Of a stretch of 64,000 nucleotides of DNA, positions 43,215 to 56,129 are shown piece after piece. Position 1 is the stretch's first letter. The number at the start of each line of letters is the position of its first letter. The stretch comes from Zygnema circumcarinatum SAG 698-1b (taxonomy: Eukaryota; Plantae; Zygnematophyceae): NCBI GenBank assembly GCA_037447605.1, contig CM074807.1:1488001-1552000 (forward strand). The letters are read 5' to 3'. The translations under genes and the position numbers were made by a program. The notes beneath the pieces were generated by a model that was not told the origin of the DNA, searched no databases, and saw nothing but the letters and a program-made list of their open reading frames with translations.

Positions 43215-46200
43215 TCTTAGTATCTCATCTCAGTAGCGATGTATGTACCTGAGGCGAGCCCGCCTCCACACTGAGTCTGGCGGTGACAGAAGGCGGCAGG
43301 ACCGTCTCGCGGTAGCGCTCATCTTGCTCTTCAAAGAGCTCCCAACTGACGAGGGACACCACTCGCACTCTGCGCCCACGTCACGAGAGATTCCCACATA
43401 GACTGTCAGTGCGCCTTACTTAACATTCTTGTTGTCGATGACGAAAAGTTCCACGACAAGTAGCGTCATTTGCATGATAATGATGTGGATGATAATACGC
43501 AGTTGCTCCATCCTGTTAGATGCATCCAGAGCTCCTGGCAACTACTTATGACTAAAGTCACCAGAAGGCAGTCAAGAACAGCGAGAAAAGACGACTTGCA
43601 GAGTGCATGGAGAATTAGTACAACTCACTTCATGCCCTCGTCACGCAGCTGCTGCGCTGCCTTTTGGCACAGCACCAGTTCTGCGCCTGTACTGATCAGA
43701 ATAAGCTCTGGGAGGTTGCCTTCTCCGGAATTGTCAGTTAGAATGTAGCCTCCTTTCAGAGTGCCCTCAATAGAAGACCCCTCCAGCTGCGCGTCAAGCT
43801 TCTGCCGTGAGAGAGCGAGTAAAGTTGGGCCGTTGTTTCTGCGAATGGCGGCGATGTATGCTCCCGATACTTCGTTTCCATCGCCGGGCCGCAACACATT
43901 CAGGTTCGGGATGGCTCGCAAGGAGGCCAAATGCTCCACTGGCTGGAAAACCACAATGATAAGATCGTTAAGATGGCAGAGAATTGATGATTTCGAGGAG
44001 ACTAACACTTGAAAGGAAGGGAAAGCAATTGCATGATGCCTTCTCCAATGGGATTTGGTCTTCTCCAAAGTCTTTCTCTGACTATTTGTTGTAAGCTCTT
44101 CTTTGCTTTCTCCTAGTTATCACATGCACCTGGTGGGTAGGCCCATCCTCTCCAAGGCCGATGGAGTCATGAGTGGTGATCCATAGAACTGTCGCGTGTG
44201 ACAGAGCGGAGAGACGGACAGCAGCACGCATGTAGTCCGTAAACACAAGGAACGTCGCGGCAAACGGGATCAAGCCGCTGTTATGTAAAGCAATTCCGTT
44301 ACTGTTTGACACACAAAAAAAAGGGCCGTTAATTGGTACACCATCCAATTGCAAGTGATCACACGTTCTAAGCAATATCGTCTTAATACCTGACCTAAGC
44401 CTCCTGCAGCAGGACGTGTTGAAGGCGAAAGATGAACTTCCCATTCACGAAATTTGCATAATAGTCAGGAGATGTCTGAGACGATGTGAGTTTCGGAACA
44501 TGCCTTATGGCCCCCATCCCATGCTCCCTAACCCCATAGCGGATGTTCCTCCCAGAGGGAGAGTTCCTTTGGAAGTCGGCCACTCCCTCAAGGTACACTT
44601 TGTTAGAGGAGGCGAGGTCGGCGCTCCCTCCCACAAGGCCGGGGAGGACCCCCCCCAGTGCGTTCAGAGCTGCCTCCGAATAGCCCCTCGTCGCATCCGC
44701 CTTGTCTTCTGCACTCCATCTCTGCATTGAAACGAAGGGGCACATGAAACACAAGGGAGTATGGAACGTAAGAGAGTTACAAGCTGTGCAAGTTTGAGGG
44801 CTTTTGTAAAGGCGAGGTGAAGCAGGAAGTGGGTGCGTGGTCGAGAGGTGCATGGAGGTGGGTCGTACAGGCAGTGCATCTTCCCAGTTGGGAGGGAGTT
44901 CCTTCGCAAGACACTTGTGAAACTCCCGCGCTTCTTCCGGATACTTCCTCTCATACTCTTCGAGCGTTTCCTTCCATTCTCGTTCTGCGACCTCTCCTCT
45001 CTCAACCTGCTGTCGCATTTCTCTGCACAGTGTGTGTACAAACTTATCAGAGTCTGAAGAATAAACATTCGCACTTCTCTTTTTGATATAAAAATTGAAG
45101 ATTTGTGAAATTATTCAGTCGAATCCCTATCTCTACGCTACAAATGCTGCGAGGGAGTGAGGGAGAGGGAGAAGGGAAAAGTTTCAATCACTTGTACACG
45201 TCTTCCGGTACATAGAAGGGCTCTTTGTGCTTCCAATCGAGGTGCTCCCGAATGCGCTGACCCTCCTCCTCCCCAAAGGCTCCATGGTGGGCTTTGTGAG
45301 TTCCCTGCTTGCTCGGGGACCCATAGCCAATTGTGGTTTCCACCTGCAACCGAGGGCAGATGGGAATTCATATCAGCACCACACTTGCTACAAAAGCAGA
45401 GACCCCCCCCCCTTCTACTCCCACTATTGTATCCACAACCGAATCTAAACATTGTACTTGCAAACCCTTTCCACAAAAGCTAAACTCAAGCACTGGCTAA
45501 CCGTGATAAGAGACGGCCTATCTGTCTCCGCCTTTGCCGCCGTAATGGCTTTTCTGATAACCTCCGGGTTGCCGTACTCTTCAATCCCCACACTCTGCAC
45601 GTGCCATCCGAGGGCCCTATAGCGCGCTGCCACGTCCTCACTGATGGCCAACGCAGTCGCCCCATCGATGGTGTTCTTGTTGTCATCGTAAAACGCGATG
45701 AGTTTCCCGAGCCCCCAATGCCCCGCGAGGGACCCCGCCTCGTTGGTCACACCCTCCATTACGCACCCGTCGCCCATGATCACATATCTGCGCAGCGAAG
45801 GGGGAGGGAGGGAGGGNNNNNNNNNNGAGGGGAGGGAGGGGGAGGAAGGGAGGGAGGGAGGGAGGGGGAGGTGAATCCATCGTATGCACAAAGATAGACT
45901 CACAAATCGGAGGCATTATAAGGGGGGGGAATGGGGGGGCTGTAGGAGTGAAGAAGGAGCGCACGTGTAGTGGTCGACAAGGGTGAGGTCCGGCTTGTTA
46001 AAGCGCGCAGCAAGATGCTTTTCTGCCAAAGCGAGGCCGACGGAATTGGCAAACCCTTGGCCAAGGGGACCTGCAGGGGAAAAATCCGGCTGATTTCTTT
46101 TCAAGAGAAGGTTGTGATCTAGTACAATTCTTTCAGACAAAAGCTTCTGGAGACTCCAGATCGTGAACATAATAGCCCCTATTGAGAATAAAGTGAAAAG

Positions 46201-47529
46201 TCGTCGCTGTACCAGTAACTACTTCGATGCCCGGTGTGAGGAGATTCTCAGGATGTCCCGGCGTCCTGCTGCCGAACTGAGCGAGCTGCTTCAGGTCCTC
46301 TATCTGAGTTAAACCCATCCCATTCACAAAGTCCTTATAAGTATTGTCAGTAAGTAAGTAAGTATTGACAGTATTGTATAAGGACATAAGCACATCCTCC
46401 CTCTCTCCCTCCTGCATAACACCCCGATCCATCATCTCCCTCAGAGAGAGCCAATGCCAGCTGCGCTGACCTGCAAGTCGAACCCTGTGAGGTGAAGCAG
46501 CACGTATTGGAGGAGGACGGCGTGTCCTGCGCTGAGCACAAATCGGTCCCTATTGAACCAGTGCGGGTTGCGAGGGTTGTAGCGGAGGACCTCGTCCCAT
46601 AGGACATAGCCAATGGGCGCAAGGCCCATGGCGGCCCCTGGGTGGCCGGCCTTGGCGTGGTTCACACTGTCCACAATGAGCAGGCGGATGGCGTTCACAC
46701 ATTTCTCGACCAGCTCCGCGCCGACACGCTGCACTCTTGCAGATGGAGGGACAGCAGAAAGGCTTGGTCAGATGCCTGAAAGGGGTGAGGCTTGGGAGGT
46801 GAATAAAAACGAAACGAATAAAACATGGAAAACATTCGCCCTGCACGTTAGAGGGAGAGGGACTTCAACAGCATTTTAACCGCACTTAAAGAAGAGATGC
46901 TTTAATATGCTACTGACGAAGAACGTACGAAAATAAAGATATGAATCTAACTTATCATCTTGATTTCTTGAAATTAGCGGACAAGCTAAATGCAGTTGTC
47001 ACGGTTTTTGATCAACCTTTCACTATGAATATAGTGAAAGGAAAAGTCTCGATCTTGAATGATACACTACTGAGAACAATTCCTAGAACGAGTATTTTTC
47101 AATTGCCGTAGAGACCCCTTAGGGAATTTTATGCGTCAACTTCCATTGGGATGGGTGTACGTCTAGACAATGAAAGGAGCTACGAAACTTCAAAGGTTAA
47201 GCTACAACCCAATTCGTTTTCACTCTAAGTGCAGATCAAGATCAACTTCACGCGTCTGCCCTCACCGGCTTGATCTCGATGGCCTGTGCGGCTTGAATAG
47301 AAACGCTCCTTGCAGTTTTTCTCGTGCCAGATCTCAGAGAGCAGCGCTCCCCGCCCTTCCAGAAACCCACTGGCGATCCATTCAACCATGTCCTCTTCGC
47401 CTCTCTGCACTGCGCAGCTCCCTGCAAGCTCACAGGTCGAGCCGCTCTCGCATCGCCACAGCTTCCTGCAAGCGCAGACTGACTCCAGGAGCCATAACTG
47501 CGGCAACTTGCGCCAACAGCGAGCTTCAT
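42724..47529 (-). CDS. TKL: Transketolase, probably plastid-targeted
   Basis: Transit-peptide-like exon 1, then [54 protein letters not shown] (TPP motif), [49 protein letters not shown]; stop at 42724. A 10-N gap lies in an intron. Confidence 0.95.
43154..43213. repeat. (AGT)20 microsatellite in a transketolase intron
   Basis: Perfect trinucleotide run, directly visible. Confidence 0.95.
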
Positions 47530-47764
47530 GGCGGGAGAAGTAGCTTGGAATCCACCAAACCCAAAGATCGAGCTGCGCCCAATTCAGCTCTGCGTTGCAG
47601 GCAGCCCTCTCTCACTCTCCCCCTCTCTCTCTCTCCCTCTCCCTCTCGCTCCCTCCCTTCCGGGCGAGGCCGCAAAACCAGCCATCCGGGGTCGCCCGGC
47701 GGCCGTAACCTTCGCCACGTCGACCGCCATGTGGCCCATGCATGTGCATGCGAAGGAAGCGGGC

Positions 47765-47829
47765 GCCACGTGGCAACCTTCACACGTACGGCAGTCGACG
47801 CGGCGCCCTTGGACTCCACGTGGCACGTG
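47765..47829. promoter_or_regulatory. G-box/ABRE cluster upstream of transketolase
   Basis: GCCACGTGGC palindrome at 47765-47774, plus CACGTG at 47817 and 47824, about 240-300 bp upstream of the ATG. Confidence 0.5.
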
Positions 47830-48606
47830 GAGGGCGCTCGGGCGCCGTACTATTGGATGTACGGAGCAGGGAGGGTGGGGGCGCGTGATATATGTCACGG
47901 GCCATGGCAGAGCCCTTTATCTCACTTCTGCCTTCCGTGTTTCAGGGTTTTAGATTCTAAGGTTTTCGGTTTTTAGGGTATTAGAGCCGTGTGGTTGAAG
48001 AGCAGGTTTTAGCTCCCTTTTTTTTATTTTTTCCCCGTCCTTAAGTCCGTCTGTGATTGTGATTTGTTGTTGTTTGTACGTTTGATAGCATCGCCATGTG
48101 CGAGATCAATGCAGATTTTTCCTTCCCTTTTCACCCCAAACTCTCCTCCTGTTGGGTTATTTGTTCTCTCCAAGGGAGTGTTCGTCAGTTCAGTCCGAAG
48201 GGGAGATCAGTGCAGCGGTTGATGTTTTTTCATTTGACCGACCATTCACATTATGCTCGAAGGATTCGACGAAGAGGGAGGCATTCCAGCCACGTCTCAA
48301 ACGAGTCCAAAACAAAAATAGAATGTCAATGTCAATGTAAGTGACCCATTCGCGAGCCGGTCACTACCTCACACTTTGCCCGTCAATCTGTCTGCCGTTA
48401 TTGCTCTTAAAAATAAACCAAATGGCGAACTGGGCCGCATTCAACCACGTGAACGTGAGCATCAAATTGAGCCGCAAAAGACTTCTTCTTCTGCAGGCCT
48501 CTGAATGAAACCTGTCTCCCGACCCATCCTCTCCTTGTGGTAGACTCCCGCGATCGCCAACTTTGAGAGCTCCCTCCTTCTTCCTGTTCGCGGAGGGCCT
48601 GCACGG

Positions 48607-48896
48607 CTACCCGGCGAAGGCATTCGCATAGGAGAAGCCCTTGACGCCGGGAACAGTGCACTTGTACAGGCCCCCGCCCTTCCCTGCACCCCCCCCCCCG
48701 CGACCAACACCAACAACCATGTCGATCTTAAGCAGTTTCACGTGTTGGAGACTGCGTTTAAGAAGAAACGGAATCCATAATACACAAGTCATAATTCATT
48801 ACTCATAACTCAGCTATCATCGCTCAAAAAGAGTTTTCTCTGCCATCGAGTGGCGGGACTTAAAGTGCAGCCAATGACAGAAAGACAGAGAGAGAA

Positions 48897-48953
<57 letters not shown>

Positions 48954-51388
48954 GAGAGAGAGAGAGAGGAGCCACTCTGCAGTCTGCTCCCACCTGTTCC
49001 CTCCTCCATCTTCGTCGTCACGTACAGTTCACTCAGGTCTTTCCCTGCCGCCCCCACACACCATCAAGGCCGCGGGCTGTGGGACAAGCATCTGAAGATA
49101 TGGGAGGAAAAACTACGACTTCTATTTGATGTATGCCGAACCACAGAGGTATTCGAGGAAGAAAGAAAAAAATAGATTATTGCGAAAGTTTAGAAAGAAA
49201 CCAATCAAAATTGAAATCTCACGCCTAAATGGCGTCGACATTCATTTGGCTTCAAAAAGAAAAAAAAAAAACTGAAAACTTTTTCTTGGGGACATGTTCA
49301 AGGTAAATCTTTCTCCAAACTTGTTCCACTATAATCTGGAAAATGGCAATTGCGTGTTTTTCTATACAAGAGATTCCAAGAGTCGCTCAAAAGTCGCCGC
49401 CGCGAGTCCAAAAAGTTCAGTTCAAGCCCGACCGACATCCTAATTCCCAGAGTCCCTCCCTCCCTCCCTCCCTCCCTCCCTCNNNNNNNNNNCCCTCCCT
49501 CCCCCTCTCTCTCAGCCCACCCCCCCCCCTGCATACCTCCGAAGGCGCAGGAGGTTGGGCGCGCAGCGGGGATGGCTACGCGCACAACCTCCTGGCCCGT
49601 CTCGGGGTCCATCTGCCGCACCGTCCCGCTCTCGCCGATGGCCACCCACAGCTTGCCGCCCGCGTCCATGGCCATGCCGTCAGGGAGACCTGCACACCGG
49701 AACACATCGCTTGTCTGAAGTTTCCGCTTCCAGTTTGCGTGTTGGCAGGTGGAAAGATTACGGAGATGTGATCAGGAGCCTGCGCCATGCGGCCGCTTTT
49801 CTTCCTGGAGGGGAAATCTCTCGGGTCATGAGAGTATGTACAAAGGATGGCAGCACAGTGTTTGACTGTGTCAAGAAAGGTTCACTTTTTAGTCAGCTGA
49901 CTAACCAAAGTCGGCATCTGGGAAGTCTACTCAAGCTGACATCGTTTGCACCTTTTTCAACCTCCTTTCCCGTCTTCTCTATCTCCTCACACTCCGGAAA
50001 TCGCACCACTGTCCGCCGATTGCTGATTTCCCCAGTTGCCTCCGAATAGTCAAAGCAGTCCACCGTCTGGTCGTATGCAAGAGGTGGAAATTTTCCGTCA
50101 GATGATCTGCTGCACGCAACAGACTGCAGCCATGTCCAAGAAACGACCTAAACTGAAGGAGAAATCTTGAACACGCCCCACTTAATACTAGTCTGCGCGT
50201 AGTCACCAAAGATAAACATGAAATATTCAGATGTCAAACGGGTGTAAGCTCACGTAGAGGCACGAGTCGATGTAGAAAAATTTAGAGCGATCAGACGACC
50301 AGGCCAGCCCGTTTGAGACGATGCAATTGGATAGCACCTCCTTCAAAGCAGACGCCCCGGGTTCAAGCACATACAAACGGCCCCTTGGGGCAGCTGGGTT
50401 TGGCCACTCCTTGCCATTCATGCTGCCCACCCAAAATCTCCCTGCAGGATCGACCTTCCCATCGTTGAACCTGTTCAAGAGGCACAGTGAGGGAACTACT
50501 GTAAATGATTGGAAGTGGACGCGGTAAGTGATGAACAGCGCGAACGCAGAGGAACAGAATCCGGATCCGGCAGGTCGTGATTAGTTTTGCAGCACAGATC
50601 CATGAATTACACGGTATAAAACAGATAATGTGAAAGATTAAACTATCTTGAAAATATCTGGTATACAATGTGGTGAAGAAGAGATACCGACTGCGTGATA
50701 CATATCACACATCCTAGTAATAAACAGAGTCTGACCTGTTGTGAGAGTTTTCAATGAGCTCTATATGTTTCTGAATAGTTGCTCCAACCTGAATTGAGGG
50801 CCTCCATGTTCATCAGGCAGTGAGGCCACCTCCTGACCAGCCTTCCACATCTCTGACATAAGCACTTCTGACTCCACGTGCACTATAGGAGCCTGTAATC
50901 GCATAAAAGGACATGATTTAGCAGGTACATCGGAGAGAAAGAAAAAAAGAGAGCAGCATTACGTACAGGAGCCTTGCAAAAGTCGACAGACGAGGCCAAA
51001 GAGACGTACATTATGATACGTCTAATTATCCATGCATTAACATCACTTATATATTTTAACCTATTCACCAATATTGAGCCGACTTTGTAAGTAGTGAAAA
51101 CGATATGATGAACCGCGGGAGTCATAAGGTCAAACATTGCTCCACCGAGCTCTGAAACCATGGTGTCAGAAGCACCTGCATGGCTGCGAGGAGTCCTCCC
51201 CTTGCTCGCGGCACAATGCAGCCCACCTCCTGCGGAGCGTCGAGCTTCCTGTGTGCTCCCGACAGCGAGTCGTACCAGAAGATCTTCATCCCATTTGTAT
51301 CCGCGAAGTACACGCTCCCTGATGCATCGCACACGGGGGACTCCCCGCATGCCGTCCTCGCGTCCAGCACCATTCTGGACGCCGCCAT
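48607..51388 (-). CDS. SMP-30/gluconolactonase/regucalcin family beta-propeller, paralogue 1
   Basis: MAASRMVLDARTACGESP, VGCIVPRARGGLL, RFNDGKVDPAGRFWVGSM, SNGLAWSSD...FFYIDS, TGEISNRR, GLPDGMAMD..GKLWVA, RPTSCAFGG|KDLSELYVTT, GGLYKC..PGVKG...AFAG*. Confidence 0.92.
48900..48968. repeat. (GA)n microsatellite in an SMP-30 intron
   Basis: Near-perfect AG run with one T interruption. Similar (GA/CT)n tracts occur at about 430-520 and 16570-16620. Confidence 0.95.
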
Positions 51389-51521
51389 GGCCCCTCCTCG
51401 CTCCCTCCCTCCCTCCCTCCCTCCCTCCCTCCCTCCCTCCCTCCCCCTCGTGCTCCGCCCGCCGCAGAGCTTCCCAGGGAAACGGCGACGCCAAAAGAGG
51501 GGAGTCGTATGCACGACCCCT

Positions 51522-51643
51522 GCCACGTGGCACGCTCTTGGCGTGTCCTCTGTCGGTGATGCCACGTGTCTTTCTTCGATTGGGCTTATTTTGTCGGTGG
51601 AAGTGGGCTGCGAAAGCGACGTCTCTCACTGTGCCACGTGTCG
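51522..51643. promoter_or_regulatory. ABRE/G-box cluster upstream of SMP-30 paralogue 1
   Basis: GCCACGTGGC at 51522, GCCACGTGTC at 51561 and 51634. Confidence 0.45.
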
Positions 51644-53279
51644 ACGTGGCGAGTTGGAACGGAACGGAAAACGGAGAACGGAGAGGGCCGCGGTGGATGG
51701 GACAATGGCCATGAGCGGTGGTCGCAATGCGACTTGTACTGCATGAAGAACCACGAGCTCTGGCAACTGCCTGCTCGCGGGGAGAGGGAGGGAGGGAGGG
51801 AGGGAGGGAGGGAGGGAGGGAGGGATGGCATCATGCCATCATCGCACCATGCCCTCATGCCCTCATGCTGGTTTTGGAGTTAGATTGCATTATATCTGTG
51901 AGAAGGAATGTTGGTAGTTAATAGTACGAGTTGTGAGGTTTTGCCTTCATGCACTGTCACATGCATGGATAAATGTTGCACTTCCAGACCTTATGATCTC
52001 TCCTGTAGAAGGTTTATTACTAATTGAAGTGACAATCAACATCCTGCAAGCTTTTGGAGCTTTTGTGGAACATGCTTCATTCAGGAGAAGCGCCAACAGA
52101 GGTTCTGAGTCTGGCGCTCTACCTGAGATTCTTGGGCATTATGATTCTGTGCAATGTGCAAGCAAAACAGTAAGTAGTCCCAAACCATGGTCTTGAAGCC
52201 TTGTTCCTGGACCAAACTGTCGCCGGCTAACGCTGCCTTCCATAATCTGTACAAATATCTATCGCGGATGAGCGTGAATCCCTCCTCAGATTTGTTTGGG
52301 AAATCTTGTCTGAACCTCTGTGAAGCCGCCAACTGTCATGTATGAAGGTCGAGGTACTTCGCCAGATGGGCGTATTTGTGATAAAGAAAATGCTTGCTTC
52401 CATTTCCCAGGCCCTGCAGGGGAGTGGACAACCCTAGTCGCCATATCTGTCTATTCCTTGGTTGATGCACTGAGTAATGGTCGAAACTACCCACTGTATA
52501 ATGTCGTTAACTAGCCGTTATGATACAACATGGGGTGAGGTGTACATACAAAGGTGCCTTGCCATGATTGAAGTCGGGAAACCTGTGATACCCTCACTTC
52601 GCCTGTTGAGAGGGATTGTGATGCTGGATCAAGAGGAGCCAATGTTTCAGGCGAGTTTTTTTGGGGTGCAGACAAAATCTCTTAGGGCTAACATTCGGAC
52701 GTTCAAACCCCATTAAAACACGCATTTACTAGTGTTTGTTCTGCATGTGTTCTTGTTATTTTTAGATTGAGTGTCAGGCGTATTTTGAACTTTGGTGTGA
52801 TCAACCTCAATTGAAGTCCAGGCATTCCAGACAGCATGCCAATTATCCAGTGTTTCGTTGTTTTGAGTCAACTTGTATGTCAGTCAAACAAAAACCTCGA
52901 CTTCAGTAACACCCATGAAAGTCACTTCGGTTTATCAAAGTGTACTGTTATTAGCACCATTTTGCGACCATGTAGACAGTGAATCAATCGACAGAGGAAC
53001 CAACGGCAAAGAAAAGCAAAATGAACTCGCTGCGATTTTTTCTGGCAGACGTTTCACGCCTGCAATCCGAACCCTACATTGGTGACCGATGCTTCATATA
53101 AGCTTACAAATATGCTGATTTGTTCAAGGAAATCTGGTTAAGGCTCGGCACTTACATATGAACCTCACTGATTCACGCGACTCTAGCTTCCAAAGTGTTG
53201 AATAGCCTCCGCTTGAATGACTGATTCTCATGTGAAGCAAGGCGACAAAATTTTGAGCTGGAAGCGGCAAAGAAGACCG

Positions 53280-56129
53280 CTAACCCGCATAAGGAACAGC
53301 AAACGAGGGGCCCTTGACTCCCGGAATTAAGCACCGGAAGAGTCCCCCCGCATTAGGAGAGGCATTTCCTGCAACAGGAGGAGGAAGGGGCTCCAGTCAG
53401 AGCTGGGAAAGGAGGGGGGGTGGGGTCCATGAAAGAGTGCCCGAAAGGTGATACTTCGGAAACCAAAGGACGTGTGAGTCAAACAAAGAATGCCGGGTCT
53501 GCTTGAAGAATCTGGAATGTGGAAAAGCTACACAATACTCAAAACAGGAGAAATTGAAGCTAAAACAGGTAAACACATTGAAATTAAATAATCGTTGAAC
53601 TCACAGAAAAAGCACAGTACAAAGCATTTTCTCTCTGACTCAATGGAAGGCGCACCCCCCCTCACTTGGTGAGAACTTGTATAAAATGTAAATGCAACTC
53701 ACCTTTCTCTTCACGAGTTGTCACATATAGCTCGGATAAGTCCTTCCCTGTACACACAAGAGTCGCCACCAAATCACTCCCTCGTGAGTCGATCGCTTTG
53801 AGTATCGAAAAGAAAGGAGATAGTTAAAGCGAGAACAGCTGTACTACACAGGGGACAGAACTCCAACCTCCGGAGTGTCATTGTGGCCCAAATGCTAGAA
53901 AAGAGTGACTAACCTTAAAGCACGACTGTATCAAGAAAGAAGTTGACATTGCAAGAAGTACAATGTCAAACAGTGCATGGACTCTTCATATTTGATGGAA
54001 GTAAACCTGAGAGAGTCAACCATTGACAAAGCTGAGGCAGCACAAGTACATGAAGAGTTTTGAATTCCACCCTTTACATCAACCAGACCTCATCACCATC
54101 TTCATTTCTGCTCACCTCCAAAAGCGCATGATGTCGGCCGCTGCACAGGGAGGGCAACCCGCATCAGTTCAACGCCAGTTTCAGGATCAAACTGCCGCAC
54201 GGAACCGGTCTCTCCAACGACCACCCACAGTTTACCGCTTGCATCTATGGCCATGCCGTCAGGAGGGCCTGCAAAGAGTTCGACCAAATCATCCCTCTCC
54301 ACCTCAGGAAACAGCAACACGAGGGTGCTGGGACAAGCTTTTGAGAGCATTGCGGCTAGTGTTGTTTGTTAGCTTTGCTAGTTATGGCTTCAACTTGCAG
54401 TGTGAACTACTTTGATTTCAAATGGTCCATTAAAGAATCAGAGAAGGTCCTAAAAGTAGGGTATAACCCCCCAAAACAAAGCACAAACTTGTGCACAAAT
54501 TTCTTTCTTATATAAGAAAATAATTCCTTCAGCATTGTTATGTCGAAAAAGAAATTATTTCTCTGAAATTGCAGAATGTTGCTTTGTGGTTGTGTCATTA
54601 CAAGGTGAGGCTTGCAGTCCTACCTGGCTCCGTCTCCGACACTTTTACTGCTGTTCTCCGATTGGATATTTCTCCTGTCGCATTGTCATAGTCAAACGCA
54701 TCGACTGTCTGGCCCAGGCCATGCTCGCGATTAAGCTCAGTGATGACAGGCTTCAAATGTAGATCCATTTTATGTGGGTACACCCGCCGATCAAGGACCT
54801 TTTTGAAGGTTTCAGACGCATACATACCCTGTAGAATGAGTCGATCCAGAACATGGTGGCGTTGTCCGAGGACCAAGCCAAACCATTTGAAAGTTTCGTT
54901 GGAAACACTTTTTCTTGCAGCTTTGGCGAGTCTCCAGAGTGTGGATCAAGGATGTACAAACGGCCTGGAGGAGCCGCAGGATCTCGCCACGTGGAGATCA
55001 TCGTGCCTACCCAAAATCGCCCCGCTGGATCGCACTTTCCGTCATTGAACCTGCCAAGGCAGGGGCATTGAACTTTACTTTCCCTCTCCTTGGTGAATAA
55101 AAGAGTAATCAGGGTCAGACTAGTTTATAGAAGGTGCGCCATTCAAAGTTTTGCAGTAATCATCAAGCCGTAGGCAGCTATAACTGCAACAACCATAGCC
55201 CAAGTTAAAAAAAAAAAAACAAAGCAACTACCTGATCTAAAGAAAGGAACATGTCATACATGCATTTATTTATTTGCCAGGTTAGAGATCAGACAAGAAG
55301 TTAACAGACTACTTCCCACAGAAAGCTGAATACGACATGCGCACTTGGTGCTTAAGGACCCTTTCTAATTTCAATATCCGTCAGAAGACAAGAGGAAGAA
55401 CTGCCAAAAAACCAGAAGCATTGTGGAGAACAAATACAAGATAACTTAAACTGAAGGAACCTTATCCAAACATACCTGAAATCAGGCCCCCCATGGCCAT
55501 CCGGTATAGCCGCAATCGCATCCCCTATAACATTGGCTGTCATATCAATCTCCACTATCGGTTCCTGAAATTGAATAGTCCAGACAATGCGGTTCTGACT
55601 TACGCAAAACAAAAGGATAGAAATATTCCGACTGCTGTTGACTCTTTAGGATGCTGCTATGATATCGTTCGATTGGAAGGTCACACTGCTTCAATGCGCT
55701 ACTGCTCCCAGTCCTGACGTCTGTCATGAGCTAAGTGCATTCTCTCATTTCTTCAGCAGCACAACCCACAAGTGTGTGCCTTCCCTGTCACCGCACAGTA
55801 CCAACAGCATTAAGAAACCAACAAATAACGCAAACATTTCAAAGAAAGCCTCTTGCAGCTAGCGTACATCGCATTCAGATGTTTGCAGGCTTGTTCTACC
55901 ATTCCATAACTCTCACCTCCATTGCTCCCAGAAGGCCTCCCTTGGCCCTTGGGACAATGCAGCCCACCGCTTGCGGAGTGGACACAAACGCATGAGAGCG
56001 GTTAACGGAGTCGAACCGATGAACGGCCTTTCCACTGATATCCGCAAAGTACACAGCACCTGATTCATCGCAGAAAGGAGACTCTCCGAGTATAGCCTTG
56101 CAGTCCAACGCCAGCTCAACGGCAGCCAT
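53280..56129 (-). CDS. SMP-30/gluconolactonase/regucalcin family beta-propeller, paralogue 2
   Basis: MAAVELALDCKAILGESPF, VGCIVPRAKGGLL, RFNDGKCDPAGRFWVGTM, SNGLAWSSD, DYDNATGEISNRR, GPPDGMAID..GKLWVV, RPTSCAFGG|KDLSELYVTT, GGLFRCLIPGVKG...PYAG*; intron positions match paralogue 1. Confidence 0.92.
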
